Shown here one piece after another: positions 5,960-13,773 of a stretch of 34,813 bases of DNA (the first letter of the stretch is position 1; the number at the start of each line of letters is the position of its first letter). Below the pieces are notes generated by a model. That model was not told where the DNA came from. It saw only the letters and a program-made list of their open reading frames with translations, and ran no database searches. Origin of the DNA: Candidatus Daviesbacteria bacterium (GTDB lineage Bacteria; Patescibacteriota; Microgenomatia; Daviesbacterales; UBA10151); contig CP066688.1 in the NCBI GenBank assembly GCA_016432425.1, positions 409,398 to 444,210 on the forward strand, read 5' to 3'. The translations under genes and the position numbers were made by a program.

Positions 5960-8900
5960 ATGAAAAAGTATTTTACACAGTTACTGTGCCTGTGGGCTAT
6001 TGCCTTGATTGTTTTTTTGCAATTTGCGCCCCTTGGTATCTATCTAGTTGCCACTGCCCGGGCAGAGGAGGGTAGCCAGGCAGCAGTTCCAGAAGATGGA
6101 AGTGGCAGCTCTGGTTCAGGCAGCAGTGGTTCCCAGGACAGTTCCGGTTCAGGAAATAGTGGGTCAGAGTCCGGAGGTAGTTCATCAGGGCAGGATTCTT
6201 CTGGCAGCGGTTCAGGTGATAATAGTTCCGGATCAGGCAGTGAACAGCCAACAAACAATACAGATACTAATAGTAATTCTGGCTCTTCCGGCAGTGATAC
6301 AACTACACAAGATCCTCCCCAAGACAGCAGCGGCTCAGGATCTGGGACAGAGTCTACCAGTGGTTCCGGAAGTTCTGGATCAGGTAATGAAGATATTCAA
6401 ATAACACCTCCGGAAAATGTACCGGCAGATGAAGGTAGTAATTCCGGTTCTGGATCAGGTGGTGGTTCCCAGGACAGCTCCGGTTCAGGCAGTGGTGGAT
6501 CAGAGAATACTGCTCCGACACCTGACTCATCTGGGAGTGGGTCTGGAAGTTCCGGATCAGGCAGCGGAGGGGGTAATACAGAAAATGGTAGTTCAGGGCC
6601 AGGTAACGGGGAAGTGGGCAATGAACCACCGGCTGATGAACCACCAGTAGCAGAAGAACCTCCGGTTGGTGGAGAGCCTCCTGCTGAGGAGCCACCTGCT
6701 AATGAGGTCCCATCTGATAGCCAACCTCCTGCTAACGACACATCAGGCGACCAGTTGCCTCCGGTACTTGGCGATCCCCTGGCAGGCCCTACTGATCCCT
6801 CAAACGGTTTCCCTCTTCTATATAGGGATGCCTTGGGTCAGGTGGTGGCGGCCTGTCTTGAAGGGACAGACCCCAACTGTGTTCTGCCCGGAGCTGGAGA
6901 AGAGGCTAATTTTGACCCCAACCAGCCCACAGATTTTCCTGATAACTTCCCATCAGAGTTTTTCTATTGGATTGCTGAATCAGACAAGCTAAGTACACCG
7001 CTGGACGGAAAGTTATCTTTCCGGATGGCTTTGGAAGGAGCATTCTTAAATGAAGATCCGGCTGAAGGTGACCAGATGGTCTTTGGCAGGATCAGGTTAA
7101 CAGGAACAGGACTTGAACCAAACTCCCTCTATACTGTGACCCATCCTTATGGGGTGGATACTTATGAAACAAACGATGTAGGTATAGTGAGAAGAGGAGA
7201 TGGGACAGAGGATATTGGCTGTGAGGTTGGACCCTGTGATTTCTCTTTGGCTCTGGGTAGCAGAATCTTCGACGGGTTTTTGGGAATGGCCGAGGGTGCA
7301 CCTGCGGGTTACCTGGGTGATGGAGCGACATTGGGAGAAGTGACCGGCAGTCCTTTGGGTCAGAACTTCTTTAGAATTGAAGGGCCGGGACTACCCTTGG
7401 GCGGATTATTCACCAATCTTTTTACGGTGGCCGGTAAACTGTTCTCCGGCATTATTCCTCCAGTTGAACCACCGGTAAAAGGGCCTCCTGCTGAAGAGCC
7501 ACCAGCACAAGAACCACCGGTTGTGGGTGAGCCGGGAGATCCGGGAGCTGGTCTAATCGATCCCTCAAATGGCTTCCCTCTTTTCTATCAGGATGTTCTG
7601 GGTACTGCAGTTGGTGCCTGTCTTGACGGATCAGACCCTATCTGTGTCTTACCGGGAGCTGGAGAAGAGGCTAACTTTGACCCTAACCAGCCCACAGTCT
7701 TTTCCACTAACTTCCCCTCTGAGTTCTTCTATTGGATTGCCGAATCAGACCAAATTGGTATTCCAGATACTGGTGGTAAATTTATGTTCAGGATGGCAGT
7801 AGAAGGAGCATTTCTAGGTGAGGATCCAATACCTGGTGATCAGATGGTCTTTGGCAGGTTGAGGGCCACAGGTACAGGTTTAGTTCCTAACTCTACCTAT
7901 ACTGTCACTCATCCATATGGAGTAGATACCTATGTGACCAATGCTGTAGGGGTAATGCCCAGAAATTCCTCCACAGAGGATATTGGTTGTGAAGTTGGGC
8001 CTTGTGATTTCTCTTTAGCTTTAGCTAGCAGAGTTTTCCAAAGTTTCCTGCAATGGGACTCTGGAGCCCCTTTAGGTTATTTAGGGGATGCCATTACTCC
8101 ACACGCTGTGATTGGTTCCCCTACAGGTAACAATTTTGTCAGGATTGAAGGTCCCGGGCTTCCCTTGGGAGGTCTTTTAACCAACTTATTTACTGTCTCA
8201 GGCAAACTGTTCTCTGAGCTGATTAATCCGGAAGAACCACCAGTTAATAACCAACCACCTGTCAGTGATTCTCCTTCTGATGAGCCACCAGTAGCAGAAG
8301 AACCTCCGGTTGGTGGAGAGCCTCCTGCTGAGGAGCCACCTGCTGACGAAGTCCCATCCGATAACCAACTTCCTGCTGATGATACACCAAGTGATCAGCT
8401 ACCTGATGATAACCCGCCTGCCAATGAACCACCAGCTGATAATCCACCTGCTACTGATAATCCAACAGACAACAATGTGGGGTCAACACCACCTAGTGGT
8501 AGTGAGAATACCACTGATGGGAGTTCTCAGACAGGTGATAGTTCTCAAACAGGCACCACTGGAACCCAGACCAGTACCAATACAAATCAATCATCAACTA
8601 CTAGCAGCTCCGGCGGTGGTTCCAGTACCACTTCATCAAATACCAGTTCATCAAATAATAGTAGCAGCAGCCAATCATCCAGTTCAGACAACAATAGTTC
8701 CAACAACCAGACATCTTCTATATCTGAATCAGAACAAACAAGTACCACAGAAGATAAAAAACCTGAAAATCAAACCCTGGTTTTAGGGACACAAATCTCT
8801 CAAAATTCGCAAAACTCGGAGGGTGATGGAGAGGTACTGGCAGCTGAGCAAGTAGGGTCAAATGAAGCTGTTGCACAAGAGACTCAAGCAGCAGGGACAA

Positions 8901-8989
8901 ATCCGGTGGCTACCTTGTTGGCAATCAGCGCTTTGGCTATGGCAGGTGGATTTTTATCCATTAAATCACTTCTAGCACTCAAACATTAA
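5960..8989 (+). CDS. large secreted/cell-surface protein: signal peptide, Ser/Gly-rich and Pro/Glu-rich spacers, two tandem ~227-aa Cys-containing domains, Ser/Thr-rich stalk, C-terminal TM anchor
   Basis: 1009-aa ORF. The N-terminal signal-like helix ends at ATARA-EEG. The C-terminus VATLLAISALAMAGGFLSIKSLLALKH is hydrophobic. The internal duplication is visible directly. There is no LPXTG motif. Confidence 0.8.
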   Translation: MKKYFTQLLCLWAIALIVFLQFAPLGIYLVATARAEEGSQAAVPEDGSGSSGSGSSGSQDSSGSGNSGSESGGSSSGQDSSGSGSGDNSSGSGSEQPTNNTDTNSNSGSSGSDTTTQDPPQDSSGSGSGTESTSGSGSSGSGNEDIQITPPENVPADEGSNSGSGSGGGSQDSSGSGSGGSENTAPTPDSSGSGSGSSGSGSGGGNTENGSSGPGNGEVGNEPPADEPPVAEEPPVGGEPPAEEPPANEVPSDSQPPANDTSGDQLPPVLGDPLAGPTDPSNGFPLLYRDALGQVVAACLEGTDPNCVLPGAGEEANFDPNQPTDFPDNFPSEFFYWIAESDKLSTPLDGKLSFRMALEGAFLNEDPAEGDQMVFGRIRLTGTGLEPNSLYTVTHPYGVDTYETNDVGIVRRGDGTEDIGCEVGPCDFSLALGSRIFDGFLGMAEGAPAGYLGDGATLGEVTGSPLGQNFFRIEGPGLPLGGLFTNLFTVAGKLFSGIIPPVEPPVKGPPAEEPPAQEPPVVGEPGDPGAGLIDPSNGFPLFYQDVLGTAVGACLDGSDPICVLPGAGEEANFDPNQPTVFSTNFPSEFFYWIAESDQIGIPDTGGKFMFRMAVEGAFLGEDPIPGDQMVFGRLRATGTGLVPNSTYTVTHPYGVDTYVTNAVGVMPRNSSTEDIGCEVGPCDFSLALASRVFQSFLQWDSGAPLGYLGDAITPHAVIGSPTGNNFVRIEGPGLPLGGLLTNLFTVSGKLFSELINPEEPPVNNQPPVSDSPSDEPPVAEEPPVGGEPPAEEPPADEVPSDNQLPADDTPSDQLPDDNPPANEPPADNPPATDNPTDNNVGSTPPSGSENTTDGSSQTGDSSQTGTTGTQTSTNTNQSSTTSSSGGGSSTTSSNTSSSNNSSSSQSSSSDNNSSNNQTSSISESEQTSTTEDKKPENQTLVLGTQISQNSQNSEGDGEVLAAEQVGSNEAVAQETQAAGTNPVATLLAISALAMAGGFLSIKSLLALKH
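6641..6700 (+). repeat. 60-nt perfect direct repeat, copy 1 (Pro/Glu linker EPPVAEEPPVGGEPPAEEPPA)
   Basis: Identical to 8285-8344. Similarity extends over roughly 6636-6760 versus 8279-8403. Confidence 0.9.
6770..7450 (+). repeat. tandem domain repeat, copy 1 (GDPLAGPTDPSNGFPLLYRD ... FTVAGKLFSG)
   Basis: It aligns colinearly with 7535-8218 at roughly 70 percent amino-acid identity by eye. The four Cys are conserved (ACLxGxDPxCVLPG and IGCEVGPCDF). Confidence 0.85.
7535..8218 (+). repeat. tandem domain repeat, copy 2 (GDPGAGLIDPSNGFPLFYQD ... FTVSGKLFSE)
   Basis: See copy 1. Confidence 0.85.
8285..8344 (+). repeat. 60-nt perfect direct repeat, copy 2
   Basis: Identical to 6641-6700. Confidence 0.9.
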
Positions 8990-8999
8990 TGAAGCTTGC

Positions 9000-9656
9000 C
9001 TAGATTAGATTTTGTAGAAAGGTGCGGATTTGGTCCAATAGCGCCATCAGGGAATTTCCTCCGATAGCTGCCTCTTCTACCTCAACTCCATTAGCTTTGA
9101 TCTCCCGGGCCAAAAGAGTACCATCTGCTTCAACCATCCCCTCTACTTTAATTACCTCTCCCACTTCAATAGTGCCTTCCTGCTCGAAGTTAGCCACTAA
9201 GTTTGGGTTAATGGTGATTGTTTGTCCGTCGATAGTGACTGTATCTCCAGTGAAAGCAATTACTTCGCCGGTGATTTCAAAAGTGTTACCTTCAATTTCA
9301 ATATTAGGTAAAGCTTCTACCTCCTCCGGCCCCCGCAGCTCAATTCGGACCCGATCTTGGTCATTTCTGGCCTCAACTCGAATGCGGTTAACATCTTCGG
9401 GAATCTGCAGCTGGTTAACTAGATTGAGGGCCTCATCAATATTCGCCTCGTTACCTCTGACTTCCACCCGGACCCGGTTTTCCTCCGGTTCGATCTGTCC
9501 TGTTCTGACTTCTACCCGAACCCGATTCTCATCTCCTCCACCGCCATGACCACTGCTGCTGTTGCCGCTGCCGTTACCTCCACGAGCATCGGCCAGGGTG
9601 GGTGCAATCAAAAGAAGTAGAGCTATCAAAAAAGTTGCAAATGCTCTATATTTCAT
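9000..9656 (-). CDS. secreted DUF5666-like protein with four (D/N)R(V/I)R(V/I)E(V/A/L)R repeats
   Basis: I moved the start to ATG 9656 (MKYRAFATFLIALLLLIAPTLADA, a signal peptide), which is preceded by AAGGAGGTG. The C-terminal half (TVTIDGQTITIN...VIKVEGMVEADGTLLAREIK) looks like DUF5666. Confidence 0.6.
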   Translation of the reverse strand: MKYRAFATFLIALLLLIAPTLADARGGNGSGNSSSGHGGGGDENRVRVEVRTGQIEPEENRVRVEVRGNEANIDEALNLVNQLQIPEDVNRIRVEARNDQDRVRIELRGPEEVEALPNIEIEGNTFEITGEVIAFTGDTVTIDGQTITINPNLVANFEQEGTIEVGEVIKVEGMVEADGTLLAREIKANGVEVEEAAIGGNSLMALLDQIRTFLQNLI

Positions 9657-9749
9657 TTTTCTGTTCCACCTCCTTTTGTCTTTCACTAACTTAAAACGAG
9701 AAACAGCCTAATTTGTTACAAAAAGTTTCTTTCCCCGTTATAACAATAG

Positions 9750-9769
9750 GTTGGGGTATGTTGGGGTAT
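9750..9769 (+). repeat. tandem direct repeat GTTGGGGTAT x2 overlapping the -10 box of the sigma factor gene
   Basis: Copies at 9750-9759 and 9760-9769. TATAAT is at 9767-9772 and the ATG at 9781. Confidence 0.8.
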
Positions 9770-9780
9770 AATTAGCTATT

Positions 9781-10329
9781 ATGGAAGTTAGTGTAATCAA
9801 GCTGGTTATACAGGCCCAAAAAGGAGACAAAGATGCTTTTGGACAAATTTACAGTCTATTTTTTAAAAGGATTTTTCGCTATGTTTATTACTCAGTTTTT
9901 AATCGCCCTCTGGCCGAAGATATTACTCAGGATACTTTCCTTCGCGCCTTTAGGGCGCTCCCTGGCTTTTCCACCCGGAAGGGGACTTTTCAGGCGTTTT
10001 TATTTGCCATTGCCAGAAATTTGGTTATCGATCATGCCCGTAAAAAAAGAGAGCTTTCTCTGGAGCTGGTGGGTGATCTTCCCTCCAGTGAGGATTTTGA
10101 GGATGAGATTGATGCAGAGAGGGAGAAACAGATGATTTATCAGGCCCTCGCCCATTTGGATGATTTTGAAAAACAATTAGTAATTCTACGTTTCTTTGAG
10201 GAGTTTTCCTACGAGGAAATTGCCCAAGTCACCCAAAAAAATGCCGGAGCAGTACGGGTTAGGGTACATCGGTCCTTAAAAAAACTACAAGAGTACCTTT
10301 TAAAAAAGGAGAGAAAAGATGAAAGATAA
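9781..10329 (+). CDS. RNA polymerase ECF-type sigma-70 family factor
   Basis: Region 2 (DITQDTFLRAF, FLFAIARNLVIDHAR) and region 4 (LRFFEEFSYEEIAQVTQKNAGAVRVRVHRSLKKL) are present. Confidence 0.9.
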   Translation: MEVSVIKLVIQAQKGDKDAFGQIYSLFFKRIFRYVYYSVFNRPLAEDITQDTFLRAFRALPGFSTRKGTFQAFLFAIARNLVIDHARKKRELSLELVGDLPSSEDFEDEIDAEREKQMIYQALAHLDDFEKQLVILRFFEEFSYEEIAQVTQKNAGAVRVRVHRSLKKLQEYLLKKERKDER

Positions 10330-10990
10330 GAAAATGTTAGATCAGCTTAAACAAACCTATCTTCAAACCCAGCCTTCCAAAAGGTTGGTCAAGTTTGGCT
10401 GGGTTAATTTAAAACCTCGGCTGGTGGATGAAAGGGAGGAGCAGATCCTTTTTGTAAGAATACCCAGGCAAAATTTTGCCCACTTTGTAAGTTTCACTGT
10501 GGTTGTTTTAATAATAGTTTTGGGTACCTTTTTTGGTCTGATAGAAGTGGCCCAGGCAGCACTGCCGGGCGAGCCGCTCTATCCTCTTAAAAGATTATCT
10601 GAAACTATTATTTCGACCGTTTCTCCCACCTCTAATGTAGCAGTGGAACACCGCGCCAAGGAAGTTTTAGATCTTTCTAAGAAAGGTAAACAAAATCAGT
10701 CTCTTAAGAGAGCGGTTGAAGAATACAAAGAAGCAGTCTTAGAAAGCAGGCAGAAGATAGCCCCATCTTCTTCAGGTGAGCAAGAATTTCAGCAAAGACT
10801 AGAGGAGCAGGAAGAGCAGTTTAGGGAAGCTCGAAAGAGTGGTCCTTCAGAGCAGTTGGAAAAAGCTGCTGAGATAGCCAGAGAGGGCAGAAGCGGTCCG
10901 GGTGGAGATGGTAATCGCGATAATGAAAATGAAAAAGAGCCGGAGACAAAAACTGATGACCGCTCCGGTTCCAATTCCGGCTCTAATTAA
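10319..10990 (+). CDS. putative anti-sigma factor, single-pass membrane protein with DUF5667-like extracytoplasmic region
   Basis: It overlaps the sigma gene by 11 nt and has an AAGGAGAG SD. There is one TM helix (FVSFTVVVLIIVLGTFFGLI). The LPGEPLYPLKRLSE motif is typical of DUF5667. Confidence 0.6.
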   Translation: MKDKKMLDQLKQTYLQTQPSKRLVKFGWVNLKPRLVDEREEQILFVRIPRQNFAHFVSFTVVVLIIVLGTFFGLIEVAQAALPGEPLYPLKRLSETIISTVSPTSNVAVEHRAKEVLDLSKKGKQNQSLKRAVEEYKEAVLESRQKIAPSSSGEQEFQQRLEEQEEQFREARKSGPSEQLEKAAEIAREGRSGPGGDGNRDNENEKEPETKTDDRSGSNSGSN

Positions 10991-11042
10991 TTACATCTTG
11001 CAATAATGAAACTTGTTTTTTAAAATATTAACTGGATAAATT

Positions 11043-11660
11043 ATGGCAAATTGGGATCAGTTAGCTTCAGCACAAACAATTGAAAAAACCGTCGCTGCTT
11101 TAAAGATCAGTGGTATTGAGGTTGAAGTGGTGGAAAACGCAGCCGCTGCCAGGCAAAAAGTTTTAGAATTGATACCAGCCGGCTCTGAAGTCATGACCAT
11201 GAGTTCTACCACATTAGATACCATGGGGCTCTCAGAGGAGATCAACAGGACAGACGGGAAATTTAAGCCGGTCAGGGACAAGCTTTATGCCATGGACAGA
11301 AGTAAGGAGGCCCAGGAAATGAACCGTTTAGGCTCCGCCCCTCAGTTTACGGTGGGCAGTGTCCATGCTGTCACAGTAGATGGTCATGTTTTGATTGCCT
11401 CCAACACCGGTAGCCAATTACCGGCTTACGCCTACAGCGGCCTTAATGTTATTTGGGTAGTGGGAGCCCAAAAGATTGTTCGCAACACAGAGGAGGGTAT
11501 TAAGCGTATTTATGAACACTCCCTGCCGTTGGAGAGTGAGAGGGCTAAAAAAGCTTATAATGTTCCAGGAAGTGCCGTCAATAAGATTTTAATAATCAAT
11601 AGAGAAGTTCAACCAGGAAGAATAAAATTGATTTTAGTTAAAGAAAAACTGGGTTTTTAA
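11043..11660 (+). CDS. LUD domain (LutC/YkgG-like) protein
   Basis: 205 aa. The overall pattern matches DUF162/LUD family proteins, with N-terminus ...TIEKTVAALKISGIEVEVVENAAAARQKVLELIP. Confidence 0.65.
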   Translation: MANWDQLASAQTIEKTVAALKISGIEVEVVENAAAARQKVLELIPAGSEVMTMSSTTLDTMGLSEEINRTDGKFKPVRDKLYAMDRSKEAQEMNRLGSAPQFTVGSVHAVTVDGHVLIASNTGSQLPAYAYSGLNVIWVVGAQKIVRNTEEGIKRIYEHSLPLESERAKKAYNVPGSAVNKILIINREVQPGRIKLILVKEKLGF

Positions 11661-11690
11661 AAAAAGAGGAATCTTGGAGATAAGACTAAG

Positions 11691-12764
11691 ATGAAAAATT
11701 TAATTATCATCTTGGGGATAATAATTATTTTAGTAGGCTTTTGGGAATGGAAGTCTAAGCCTGAACAAAATATTTTACCATCAGATAACAAAACTCCTTC
11801 AATCACAGTTATTGCAGAAAATTTAGATACCCCTTGGGCTCTGGTATTTTTGCCTGCCTCGCCGGCAGGTGGGCCTGGCAGCAGCATGTTGGTGACAGAA
11901 AGACCAGGAAGAGTGAGACTGGTAGATAATAACGGCAATCTTCAATCTGAGCCAGTGGCAACTTTAAGCAGTGCCAAAGAAATTGGTGAAGGAGGACTGC
12001 TGGGGATAACTATCCACCCCAACTTCAGGACTAATAATTATGTCTATTTGTACTATACCTACAGTGGGGATGAAGGCAATACGCTAAACCGCGTAGTCAG
12101 GATGACTTATCAAGATCGGCATCTCAAAGATGAGCAGATTATTGTTGATAAAATACCCGGAGCCTCTAATCATAATGGAGGGAGAATTAAATTTGGGCCG
12201 GACGGGTTTTTGTATATTACTACCGGGGATGCACAGAATCCTTCCAGGTCCCAGGATAAAAATTCCCTGGCAGGTAAAATTTTAAAGGTTACAGATGATG
12301 GAAAAGTGGGAGTTTACTCGTATGGCCACCGCAACCCACAGGGAATTACTTGGGATGACCTGGGTAATCTATGGGAAACAGAACATGGTCAAACAGCAGC
12401 TGATGAAGTCAATCTTATCCAACCAGCAGGAAATTATGGTTGGCCTGTTATTCAAGGAGATCAGTCTCAAGAAGATATGGTTTCCCCCATATTACATAGT
12501 GGTTCAAATACTTGGGCACCAGCAGGGCTTACCTACTACAATGGGTCCCTCTTTTTTGGTGGTTTAAGAGGTCAGGCCTTTTTTGAATATAATATTGAAA
12601 GTAAGAAATTAACAGAACACTTTAAAGGTGAGTTTGGTAGGATTAGGGAGGTAATTTTGGGGCCGGACAATTTACTCTACATTACTACCAGCAATAAAGA
12701 TAGTAGAGGAAATCCAATTGCTTCAGATGATAGGATAATTAAAATTGATCCTCAGAAAATTTAA
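11691..12764 (+). CDS. PQQ-dependent sugar (glucose/sorbosone) dehydrogenase family beta-propeller protein
   Basis: Motifs HNGGRIKFGPDGFLYITTGD and GHRNPQGITWD, plus an N-terminal TM/signal segment. Confidence 0.85.
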   Translation: MKNLIIILGIIIILVGFWEWKSKPEQNILPSDNKTPSITVIAENLDTPWALVFLPASPAGGPGSSMLVTERPGRVRLVDNNGNLQSEPVATLSSAKEIGEGGLLGITIHPNFRTNNYVYLYYTYSGDEGNTLNRVVRMTYQDRHLKDEQIIVDKIPGASNHNGGRIKFGPDGFLYITTGDAQNPSRSQDKNSLAGKILKVTDDGKVGVYSYGHRNPQGITWDDLGNLWETEHGQTAADEVNLIQPAGNYGWPVIQGDQSQEDMVSPILHSGSNTWAPAGLTYYNGSLFFGGLRGQAFFEYNIESKKLTEHFKGEFGRIREVILGPDNLLYITTSNKDSRGNPIASDDRIIKIDPQKI

Positions 12765-12812
12765 ACTTATCCCCCTGGAGAGCTCTTTCCATACCTGTTA
12801 CAATGAATCCTC

Positions 12813-13478
12813 ATGAAGGTGAGGTTACTACTTTTATTCTTGGCGGCGGTAGTCTTTCTCGTCTTTGTGCAGTTTTCCTATACTGTGGCCAAAGAAAGCT
12901 GGCAGCAAATAGATTTTGATACTACTGTCAAGATTCAGGATAAGATTCCGCGAAGATTTGATGAGTTTTTTTCAATTTTTTCCGTGATTGGCAGTGTAGA
13001 AATTACCGTAGGTTTTGTCTTTATTGGCGCACTTTTAAGCTTAATCAGGTTTAGAATTTGGGCCAGTTTAGCTTGGCTGCTGGTTTTACCGGCTACGGTT
13101 TTTGAAATTTTTGGTAAATTAGTCTTATTTCATCCCGGCCCTCCGGTTTTATTTCATCGCAATGTCTTAGCGGGTGAGCTGCCATCTTTTTACGTCCACA
13201 CTAATTTTTCCTACCCTTCCGGTCACATGACCAGGACCGCTTTTATTGTCACCATACTTTGTGTGATAGTTTCATTTCAACGCCCCCATCTCTTATACAA
13301 ACTATTAAGCCTGACAGCATTACTGGGTTTTTTGGGAGTAATGTTTTTAACTAGAATCTATTTAGGGGAACATTGGTTGTCTGATGTAGTAGGGGGGACA
13401 CTGCTGGGAGTAGCCAGCGGACTGCTGGCTGCCATTTTCATTGTGAAGTTTAAAAAATATCCCTTGTCCAAAGCCTGA
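12813..13478 (+). CDS. PAP2 superfamily phosphatase (membrane)
   Basis: PAP2 motifs YPSGH and the C-terminal GEHWLSDVVGG are present, with several TM helices. Confidence 0.8.
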   Translation: MKVRLLLLFLAAVVFLVFVQFSYTVAKESWQQIDFDTTVKIQDKIPRRFDEFFSIFSVIGSVEITVGFVFIGALLSLIRFRIWASLAWLLVLPATVFEIFGKLVLFHPGPPVLFHRNVLAGELPSFYVHTNFSYPSGHMTRTAFIVTILCVIVSFQRPHLLYKLLSLTALLGFLGVMFLTRIYLGEHWLSDVVGGTLLGVASGLLAAIFIVKFKKYPLSKA

Positions 13479-13537
13479 TCCTCTGTTAATATTATAGAAT
13501 AAACCTGCCCTAAAAAGGGGGTGAGATTTCAAAGTTT

Positions 13538-13771
13538 ATGAGTAAAAACGTGTTAATTGTCACTATTATTTTAATCTTAGTAGTGGTGGTAGGATATTTG
13601 GTTTGGGTGAGAAGTAAATTCCAAGAAACCGTCACCCCACAATCGGTGACTGAAGTGGCTTCTCCTTCTCCCGTCTTGTCACCTAGCCCGGTAGCTACTG
13701 CTTCTGCTACACCTTCAGCCACCCCCAGGGTGAGCCCTAAGGCTGCCACTGGGGCAGGGACAACTAGATAA
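13538..13771 (+). CDS. small membrane-anchored Ser/Pro/Thr-rich hypothetical protein
   Basis: 77 aa with the TM helix VLIVTIILILVVVVGYLVWV and a GGGGGTGAG SD upstream. It ends 2 nt before trxB. Confidence 0.4.
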   Translation: MSKNVLIVTIILILVVVVGYLVWVRSKFQETVTPQSVTEVASPSPVLSPSPVATASATPSATPRVSPKAATGAGTTR

Positions 13772-13773
13772 CT

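Noticed and set aside
6060-6640. The highly repetitive GGTTC/AGGCAG-type stretch as a possible CRISPR array or satellite
   Set aside because: The repeats are short, irregular codon-level SGS/GSG repeats within one long open reading frame. There is no repeat-spacer periodicity and there are no cas genes.
5997-8900. About a dozen alternative-frame and antisense ORFs of 60-160 aa (for example 6048-6404, 6397-6741, 6666-6992, 8310-8786) inside the large surface-protein gene
   Set aside because: They lie within low-complexity Ser/Gly/Pro-coding repeats, where stop codons are depleted in all frames. Their translations are compositional echoes (PEPEL, QVVV strings). The 1009-aa frame explains the region.
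9022-9549. 175-aa plus-strand ORF opposite the DUF5666-like gene
   Set aside because: It is a shadow ORF. Its Ser/Thr/Arg-rich translation mirrors the repeat structure of the minus-strand protein, which has a signal peptide and an SD.
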